Shown: positions 40,352-46,755 of the stretch, one piece after another | Numbering within the stretch: the stretch's first letter is position 1 | Layout of the letters: the number at the start of each line of letters is the position of its first letter | Assembly (NCBI GenBank): GCA_022842805.1 | Contig: JALHOX010000001.1 | Span: 406 to 47,160 of the forward strand | Reading direction: 5' to 3' | Source: Phycisphaerae bacterium | GTDB taxonomy: Bacteria; Planctomycetota; Phycisphaerae; UBA1845; Fen-1342 | DNA length: 46,755 nt | Translations under genes and position numbers: made by a program | Notes under the pieces: model-generated | What the model was told of the DNA's origin: nothing | What the model saw: only the letters and a program-made list of their open reading frames with translations | Database searches by the model: none

Positions 40352-43206
40352 CGCTCGCCCCGATTCGCGCGAGCGTCCTCGGCGCAGGACTCCTCCTCGC
40401 CGCCGGCTGCCAGACCCCCGGCCTCTCGCTGACGAACAAATTCTCCGCCGCCGTCATCGACGAACGCGCCGACGTGCTCGATCTGCGGCCGGCCGACTTT
40501 CGCCCGCCCGCCTCCCTCGGCCAGCCGCCCCCGCGCCTGAGGCTTCACGCCGCTCAGGGCGAAACGATCGGCGTTCAGGTTGTGCTGCGCGGCGCTTCGA
40601 GCAACGTCCGCATCGAGGGCTGGCCCGCGGGCGCCATCACCACGGAGCGCTTCGCCGTCCTGCCCATCCGCGTCGGCAACGTGCCCAGTTGGTACCCCGA
40701 GCACACCCGCCGCGGCGCCATCGGCGCGTCGATGCCCGATGTGCTCGTCCCCTGGCCCGAGAGCATGCCCGCCCCGCCCGCCGCCGGCGGATTCTCGCTC
40801 GGCGCCGACCAGATCGTCTGGCTCGATCTCACGCCTCAATCCGCCAGCCCCGGCGTCTATGAAGCCCGCGTCGTCGCCGGCGACGGCGTCGCCCAGTCGA
40901 CGCTCGCCACCATCGCCCTGCACGTCCACGCCCTTCGCCTCAGCGGCCCCGCGCCGATCCCCGTCCTCGCCCGGCTCGATCCGCGCGAGCTGAGCTTCGA
41001 AGGCCCGGCCGCCACCCGCGACAGCGCCGCCCGCACACGCCTTTTGCCCGGCGACCCCGTCTTCGGCGCCGCCATCGGCTCCACCCGCGCCGCCTTCAAC
41101 CTGCTGCACGATCACGGGCTCAGCCCAGTCCTCTGGGCCTCCTTCCCGCCCTATCAAGACACCAACGACCTGGCCGTCTCGATCGACTGGAGCGGCTACG
41201 ACGCGCTCGTCGCCGGCTGGATCGACGGCTCGGCCTACGCCGACAACATCGGCGCCGCCTGGTGGCCCATCCCCGTCGCCGCCGATTACCCCGACCCGGA
41301 GCGCTACGGCGGCTTCGAATCGGCCCGCTATTCGCGTGTCCTTGCCGCATATCTGCAAGCTTGCGAAGCTCATTTCGCCGAGCGCGGCTGGCGGCTGAAG
41401 GCCTTCGCCCGGCCCGACCTCCCGCTCGCTCTCTCCGGCGAATCCGCCACACGCTGGGAGCGCCTCGCCGCGATTCATCGCACCAGCGAAACCGCCATCC
41501 CGCTCGCCCTCCACGCCCCGCGCGGACAGCTTCGCTCCCTCGGCTGGGTCGATGCCCCCGCGGTCGAATTGCCCGACAGCACCATCCACATCGGCCCGGG
41601 CCTCTGGCACAGCGGCAGCGACGGCGGCAGCGGCAGCGCCTGGCTGATGCCCGACGCCCCGCCTTATTGCGGCGCGCTCACAGTCGCCTCCGCCGCCGTC
41701 GATGCCCAGATCATCCCCTGGATCGCCCGTCGCTATCGCCTCGACGCCATCTGGCTCGAACACGCCGCCGACCGCGGCGCGACCAACGCTCCCAGCGGCG
41801 CCGCCGACCCGCGCTCCGATCCGCTCCTCTACGCCGGTCGCGATTTCGGCTCCGGCAGCCCGGTTTTGCCCTCGATCCGCCTGAAGCGCCTCCGCCGCGG
41901 CCTCGCCGATCTCCGCCTGCTCTCCATGCTCGAGCAGCGCGGCCAGAGCATGCTCGTCGATCAGATCGCGGCGCAAGTGGTTCCCTGGGCGCTGGCCGAG
42001 GCCGGCGCCGAAAATCTGCTCGCCACTCGCGGTCGCGGCTGGTCCACCGATCCGCAAGTGCTCCGACTGGCCCATCGCCGCGTGCTCTCCGAGCTTTCGC
42101 CGCTGGCCGATGCGCCCGAGCCATCCATCGCTCCGCCCACAGCCGCAGCCCCAAGCCCGCCGCCCGCCAGCGCCCCCTCCGACGCCGCCCCCCCCGAACG
42201 ACCCGGGGCCGTGCAGGAAGAGGCCGATTGGCGCCGCCTGCTGGGCGCCAACCCCACCGTCGATGCAACCGTTCGCGGCGTTCGCATCGTCGGCGGCGAG
42301 AGCGGCATGCAGGCCTCCGTCTTCACCGCCGTCTCCAACGCCGGCCCCGCAAATCTGAGCGGGCGCTGGACATTGGTCGATCCGCCCACCGGCTGGGAGC
42401 CCGGCGAGAGCGAGGCGCTCGTCGTGCCGCCCGGCGAACGCAGGCTCGGTCGCCTGCCCATCGCCCTCGGCTCATTTTCCTACGATGTCGACGGCACCTA
42501 CCCCTTCACGCTTCGCTTCGGCGGCGAAGGCGCCGCCGACACCATCGAAGCCGCCGCCCGCCTCGCCATCGTCGCCGCTCCGCCCACGCAATCACCCCCG
42601 ACGATCGATGGCGACTTGCAAGACTGGGTCTTCGCCTCCAATAACGCCGTCGGCGATTTCCTGCTCGTGCGCGGCGGCGCCGATCGCAAGCCCGCCCACG
42701 AAACGCAGGCCTTCTTCGCGCTCGACGCCGAAAATCTCTACATCGCCATCCGCGCCGCGACCGACCCCGACAAAGAGCTCGTCGTCCGCAGCGACAACGA
42801 GATCGACGTCGACCGCGCCGCCCCCTGGGGCCAGGAACTGGTCGAGGTCCTGCTCGATCCGCGCGGCGTTCCCGACGGCACCAGCGGCGATATCTACTGC
42901 CTGCAAATCAAGCCCAACGCGCTCGTCATCGCGCGCAAGGGCTGTCGCACAAATCCGCCCATGGGCCCCTCCGTCGCCTGGTCGAGCGAGGCCCGCGCCG
43001 CCACCGCACGCGGCCGCAGCGCCTGGTTCGTCGAACTGGCCATCCCCCTCGCCGCCTTCGGCCCCGCCGCGCAGCGCGGCAACATCTGGGGCTGCAACAT
43101 CACCCGCCTCGACGCCGAACGCGGCGAATACGCCAGTTGGTCCGGCACGACCACCACTTGCTACCTGCCCCTGACCATGGGCAACCTGATCCTGCTGCGC
43201 CGCTAA
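40348..43206 (+). CDS. lipoprotein with a DUF4091 (GH123-like) region and a C-terminal CBM9/DOMON-like domain
   Basis: ATG 40348 overlaps the upstream stop (ATGA). MTLAPIRASVLGAGLLLAAGC lipobox. ...PVLPSIRLKRLRRGLADLRLLSMLE resembles the DUF4091 tail. The C-terminus IDGDLQDWVF...AFFALDAENLYIAIRA...WFVELAIPLAAFG...GNIWGCNITR is CBM9-like. Family calls are from memory. Confidence 0.7.
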   Translation: MTLAPIRASVLGAGLLLAAGCQTPGLSLTNKFSAAVIDERADVLDLRPADFRPPASLGQPPPRLRLHAAQGETIGVQVVLRGASSNVRIEGWPAGAITTERFAVLPIRVGNVPSWYPEHTRRGAIGASMPDVLVPWPESMPAPPAAGGFSLGADQIVWLDLTPQSASPGVYEARVVAGDGVAQSTLATIALHVHALRLSGPAPIPVLARLDPRELSFEGPAATRDSAARTRLLPGDPVFGAAIGSTRAAFNLLHDHGLSPVLWASFPPYQDTNDLAVSIDWSGYDALVAGWIDGSAYADNIGAAWWPIPVAADYPDPERYGGFESARYSRVLAAYLQACEAHFAERGWRLKAFARPDLPLALSGESATRWERLAAIHRTSETAIPLALHAPRGQLRSLGWVDAPAVELPDSTIHIGPGLWHSGSDGGSGSAWLMPDAPPYCGALTVASAAVDAQIIPWIARRYRLDAIWLEHAADRGATNAPSGAADPRSDPLLYAGRDFGSGSPVLPSIRLKRLRRGLADLRLLSMLEQRGQSMLVDQIAAQVVPWALAEAGAENLLATRGRGWSTDPQVLRLAHRRVLSELSPLADAPEPSIAPPTAAAPSPPPASAPSDAAPPERPGAVQEEADWRRLLGANPTVDATVRGVRIVGGESGMQASVFTAVSNAGPANLSGRWTLVDPPTGWEPGESEALVVPPGERRLGRLPIALGSFSYDVDGTYPFTLRFGGEGAADTIEAAARLAIVAAPPTQSPPTIDGDLQDWVFASNNAVGDFLLVRGGADRKPAHETQAFFALDAENLYIAIRAATDPDKELVVRSDNEIDVDRAAPWGQELVEVLLDPRGVPDGTSGDIYCLQIKPNALVIARKGCRTNPPMGPSVAWSSEARAATARGRSAWFVELAIPLAAFGPAAQRGNIWGCNITRLDAERGEYASWSGTTTTCYLPLTMGNLILLRR

Positions 43207-43271
43207 TCGGCACGGGTTGCCCCGGACCAAAAGGCGCACCAAAGAATGGGGTGAGTTGCCGGATTGCGCCG

Positions 43272-43309
43272 CGGCCGGTCGACGCCAATCAACGGGCGCC
43301 GACCGGCCG
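43272..43309. terminator. GC-rich hairpin between convergent genes
   Basis: cggccggtcg (43272-43281) pairs with cgaccggccg (43300-43309), with inner cgcc/ggcg extension. No T-run. Confidence 0.4.
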
Positions 43310-43338
43310 TGCCGCGAGTCCCCCCTCAAACCGAAACG

Positions 43339-44661
43339 CTATCGACGGGCCTGATACAGACCAAAATCCGCCCGTCCGACTGCAACGCCGTCGGCCCCGA
43401 TCCGCGGGCTTGCCGTGTTCGCGGCGCGCGTCGCCGTCCAGGTGCCCGTGCCGCCGCTGTCGGTCGAAAACGCGCCGTTGTTCACGCTCGCGCCGTTGAT
43501 GTCGCCCTCGAACTCAAAGAAAAAGTCGTTCGAGATCAGCTCAATCTTGCCGGCGCTGTTCGCCGCGCCCAGCAGTTCGAAGTTCTCGGCGAAGCCGAAG
43601 AGCGTCAGCGCCAGTGTGCCGGTCGCCGTGCCGTCGGCGGCGATGGTGAACTGAATCGTCGCACCGTTGCTGTCGCTGCCGGTGTATTGGCCGACCAACG
43701 CCGAGACATCGCCCGCTGCGGCGAAATCGGGACGGAACGCGTTGCCGTTGCCGTCGAGTTCCACGCCGTCGGACGTGCCGTCGCCGTCGGTGTCGGCGTC
43801 ATCCGGGTCGAGCCCCGCGACCGCCTCCACACCGTCGCCTAGCCCGTCATCGTCGCTGTCGTTGTCGTTCGCCTTCGTGCCCAGGACGAACCGCTCGCTC
43901 GCGTCATCCAGTCCGTCGCCATCTGCGTCGGGCAGGGTCGTCGTCGGCGCGGTGCGATTGGCGCCGGCGTCGTTCGCCGGCGGAGCGGCCGCCGCCGTCG
44001 GGCGCACGGTGCCGTCGCGCGAGCCATACAGCCGCTGCACCGCGGCAATGTCATCCGCCGTCAGGTCACCGGTCTGGCCGTTGTCATTGGCGAACATCAC
44101 GGCGTTCGTCGGCGCGATGTGCTCCAGGCCCAGGTTGTGGCCGATCTCATGCACCAGCGTGCTGAAGAGCAGTCGCTGATCACTGAAATCAAACGCCTCG
44201 TTCATGTGACACTGGCCGCGCTCCGGCGTATTCGGAAAATAGGCGTGGCCGATCGTGGTCGCTTCAAAGGCTTCGGTCGGACAACCCAGATTGCGCGGGG
44301 CATACAGCTCGCAATGCGTGCCGCGGCCAAAACCGACCACAAAATCAGCCGTGGCCTGGGTCTGCGTGCGGGTGAAATTCAGCGGCGTCACCGCGGACCA
44401 GCGCGCAAACGCATCGGTGATCAGTTGCTCCTGCCGCGCCTGGCTGACCTGGCCAGAGAAAGTCTGGATGAAGAATGTCATGTCGCGCGTCTGCACGCGG
44501 GCCGGCTGAATCTGCACACCCGCCGGCGGCGTTGCGGGGATCGGGTCCCGCGCTTCGTTGGTGGGCTGCGGATCGGGATTCGGTTGCGGACATCCGCCCA
44601 GAAGCGCTGTTGCGCCCAACACCGCGAGCAATGTCTGCTTCTTTCCTAGCGTCCTCTTCAC
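43339..44661 (-). CDS. matrixin-type (M10) zinc metalloprotease lipoprotein with thrombospondin type-3-like Ca-binding repeats
   Basis: GTG 44661 (GAGGAG upstream) gives [24 protein letters not shown] lipobox. [11 protein letters not shown] plus Met-turn [26 protein letters not shown] and [15 protein letters not shown] repeats. Confidence 0.85.
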   Translation of the reverse strand: MKRTLGKKQTLLAVLGATALLGGCPQPNPDPQPTNEARDPIPATPPAGVQIQPARVQTRDMTFFIQTFSGQVSQARQEQLITDAFARWSAVTPLNFTRTQTQATADFVVGFGRGTHCELYAPRNLGCPTEAFEATTIGHAYFPNTPERGQCHMNEAFDFSDQRLLFSTLVHEIGHNLGLEHIAPTNAVMFANDNGQTGDLTADDIAAVQRLYGSRDGTVRPTAAAAPPANDAGANRTAPTTTLPDADGDGLDDASERFVLGTKANDNDSDDDGLGDGVEAVAGLDPDDADTDGDGTSDGVELDGNGNAFRPDFAAAGDVSALVGQYTGSDSNGATIQFTIAADGTATGTLALTLFGFAENFELLGAANSAGKIELISNDFFFEFEGDINGASVNNGAFSTDSGGTGTWTATRAANTASPRIGADGVAVGRADFGLYQARR

Positions 44662-44875
44662 TGGCACGTCTCCTCTTCGTGTGATGTGTGTGCAAATACT
44701 TCGGCCAGTGCGGCGATCGGCGGAAATGTGCGCTAAGCCAGCGCGTCGAGTAGGGCCGTGCCGCGCGGTTCTCCTCAACCGGCAGTCGAGCCGAAGCGGG
44801 GCGGAGCGTAGTTGCGGCACGCGCGAACCGTCAATCCGCGCGACGTCCGAGCTGCCAACGCGCGCTGGCGGCGCG

Positions 44876-45673
44876 CTAGCGGTGTGGCGCCGCTGCGATC
44901 AGCCACGGCGCGACCAGCTCGCGGTTGAATCCAAAGCCGATCATGTCGAGATGTCCGCCCCAGTGTCCGGCGCGAAAGCTTTCGGCCGTCCAGCCCTTCT
45001 GCACGACCCGTCCCCTCAGTGTCTCGTCGCGCACCGCCGCTGTCAGATCGAACCCGTCTTTCCCGGCGCTGGGCGTAAACTGGCGGTCCATCGTGCCCAT
45101 GATCGTCGTGCCCACCCCCAGCGTGAACCAATCAGATTCGCAGTGGATATTCACCAGCTTGCCGCGTACATGTCGCAGCGCCGCGTCGAGCCGATAGCGC
45201 GGGCTCGTCGCCGCCTGCACCAGCACCAGGTTGTCGATCATCACCTGCGACGGCAGCGCCTCAACCACCATCAGCGCCAGCCCGCCCCCGCCCGAATACC
45301 CGACCAGATGCACCGGCTGAGCCGGATGCCGAGCGGTGTAGTCGGTGATGCGACGGGCGATTTGCTTCGCCGCCGCCCGGTTGGCGGGCAGGTTCAGCAG
45401 ATTGTCGAACCAGTTCAGCTTTGACCAGTCATGCACCTCCATCGCTGCGACGACTCCGGCGGCGCGAAACGCCGCGGCCGGCTCCTTGATCTGCCACGGC
45501 CCTCCCTCGATGCCGGGGAAGATGTAGATCAGGCCGCGCTCGTAGGCGTTCGATGAAGAGCGATCGGGGCCCCGGCAGCCGCAGACGACGGGGCCGAGCG
45601 CAATCAGAATGGCGGACAATCGGCGTAATCGGTGACGCCATCGCGCCCCAGATTGCAAGGTACTCAGATGCAT
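44876..45673 (-). CDS. alpha/beta-hydrolase lipoprotein
   Basis: Start moved to ATG 45673 (MHLSTLQ...[11 protein letters not shown] lipobox). Nucleophile elbow [14 protein letters not shown]. Confidence 0.7.
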   Translation of the reverse strand: MHLSTLQSGARWRHRLRRLSAILIALGPVVCGCRGPDRSSSNAYERGLIYIFPGIEGGPWQIKEPAAAFRAAGVVAAMEVHDWSKLNWFDNLLNLPANRAAAKQIARRITDYTARHPAQPVHLVGYSGGGGLALMVVEALPSQVMIDNLVLVQAATSPRYRLDAALRHVRGKLVNIHCESDWFTLGVGTTIMGTMDRQFTPSAGKDGFDLTAAVRDETLRGRVVQKGWTAESFRAGHWGGHLDMIGFGFNRELVAPWLIAAAPHR

Positions 45674-45882
45674 CGCGGTTCCGGTAGGAATCCGAAGTGC
45701 GTATCGCGCGTAAACCGCGGCACTCCAGATTGAACCGATTGTAGGCATCGCCGTGAAGGCATGTAACGCGCCGGAGTCGCTTCGTCTCCGTCGCCGGGCC
45801 GCGGCGTGCTTCTCGGCGGTAGCACGCGCCGGCGTCGCCTGCGTTTCGGCGCGGCTTCTCCCACCCTACACTGTCGCCCACC

Positions 45883-46755
45883 ATGAACGACCAACGCCAG
45901 GACCGAATCAACAAGCGCGAGAAGCTGCGGGCGCTCGGGGTCGACCCCTACGGCTCACGCTTCGTCGATATTGTCAAAAACGCCGACATCCGCCGCGCCG
46001 CGGAGCCCATGACCATCGACCCGGGCCAGACGCTCGACACGCCCGCCGCCCGCTTTCGCGCCGCCGGCCGCGTCATGCTCTATCGCGACATCGGCAAACT
46101 CATCTTCCTCACCATCCGCGACTGGACCGGCGAACTGCAGGTCGGAATCAGCAAAGCCACGCTCGGCGCCATCGGCGTCTCGCCGGCTGATGCGCCCGGC
46201 GGAGCAAGCAGCGCCGCCGCGCCGCAAGTGCCCGGCGAACTTCAATGGCAAACCGCCAAGACCCTCGACCTCGGCGACATCATCGGCGTCGACGGCCAGC
46301 TCGGTCGCACCAAGACCGGCGAACTCACGCTCTGGGCCACGTCGCTACGTTTGCTCAGCAAGTGCGTCCAGCCGCCGCCCGAGAAGTGGCACGGCCTCAC
46401 CGACACCGAGGCCCGCTACCGCCGGCGCTACGTCGACCTCTTCGCCAATCCCGAATCGCGCGACGTGTTCATCCGCCGCGCCCGGATCATCCAGCACGTC
46501 CGCGACACGCTGCACGCACGCTCGTTCATCGAGGTCGATACGCCCGTCCTTCAGCCGATTTACGGCGGCGCCGCGGCGCGGCCCTTTCTGACCCACCACA
46601 ACACGCTCGACATGAAGCTCTTCCTGCGAATTTCGCCCGAGCTATACCTGAAGCGCTGCATGGTCGGCGGGCTGGAGCGCGTCTACGAGTTCTCGCGCTG
46701 CTTCCGCAACGAGGGCATTAGCCCGCGCCACAACCCCGAATTCACGATGCTGGAG
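45883..46755 (+). CDS. lysS: lysine--tRNA ligase, class II (N-terminal 291 codons; runs off the window)
   Basis: Not in the ORF track. Manual translation: [24 protein letters not shown]...[19 protein letters not shown]...[27 protein letters not shown]...[77 protein letters not shown]. Confidence 0.93.
   Translation, partial: MNDQRQDRINKREKLRALGVDPYGSRFVDIVKNADIRRAAEPMTIDPGQTLDTPAARFRAAGRVMLYRDIGKLIFLTIRDWTGELQVGISKATLGAIGVSPADAPGGASSAAAPQVPGELQWQTAKTLDLGDIIGVDGQLGRTKTGELTLWATSLRLLSKCVQPPPEKWHGLTDTEARYRRRYVDLFANPESRDVFIRRARIIQHVRDTLHARSFIEVDTPVLQPIYGGAAARPFLTHHNTLDMKLFLRISPELYLKRCMVGGLERVYEFSRCFRNEGISPRHNPEFTMLE

Noticed and set aside
1-46755. Search for defence systems, toxin-antitoxin pairs, prophage genes, secondary-metabolite clusters, rRNA and additional tRNAs
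   Set aside because: None of the supported ORFs has nuclease/ATPase/RT/methylase signatures typical of defence islands. Only one T-loop-like GGTTCGAATCC element (the tRNA-Ser) was seen. The absence is based on visual inspection only.

Overview
GC-rich bacterial chromosomal segment (about two-thirds G+C by eye, not computed). It holds about 40 protein genes and one tRNA-Ser(GGA). I saw no rRNA, CRISPR array, integrase or recognisable defence or prophage module. The gene content suggests Planctomycetota, possibly Phycisphaerae (inference only): a DUF1559/H-X9-DG pseudopilin, non-cellulosomal dockerin-like tails, a very long YidC, murG outside a dcw cluster, and many lipoprotein or secreted beta-propellers. 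Because of the GC content, the ORF track is full of long antisense or out-of-frame ORFs (e.g. 17..4198 +, 26657..29014 +, 40315..42075 -). I chose frames from recognisable motifs, third-position G/C, signal peptides and SD sites, and I moved several starts downstream of the track start. Two real genes are missing from the track because they run off the window: a photolyase-related gene (1..1348 -) and lysS (45883..46755 +). One SD-preceded 59-aa ORF is below the size cutoff. Main blocks: (1) 1-6936, a putative light-response island (FeS-BCP photolyase, DUF1772, TM-thioredoxin, esterase, folE) divergent from a MerR/B12-domain regulator plus an SRPBCC protein. (2) 7076-13473, an orphan 3-hydroxyanthranilate dioxygenase, hypothetical secreted proteins and a fused cytochrome-b/HdrD-like oxidoreductase. 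(3) 13541-14266, an IS200-like/RayT Y1 transposase bracketed by REP-like repeats. (4) Housekeeping genes: sigma/YCII, kdsA, yidC, an IMPase, murG. (5) 22467-26292, an ECF sigma with an apparent frame switch into a Cys-rich ORF, followed by a persulfide-dioxygenase/rhodanese/TauE operon. (6) 26441-37103, three unrelated secreted beta-propeller proteins that share an identical-length 62-aa C-terminal dockerin-like module. One of them is followed by a pseudopilin whose leader is built of 21-nt periodic repeats and a 23-bp inverted repeat. (7) purC, a degenerate Gfo/Idh/MocA protein plus a GH123-like/CBM9 lipoprotein, a matrixin with TSP3 repeats, an alpha/beta hydrolase and lysS. No single obvious novel system stands out. 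The most unusual signals are the dockerin-like triad, the structured repeat leader of the pseudopilin, the sigma frame switch next to the sulfur operon, and the His-less B12-domain regulator.
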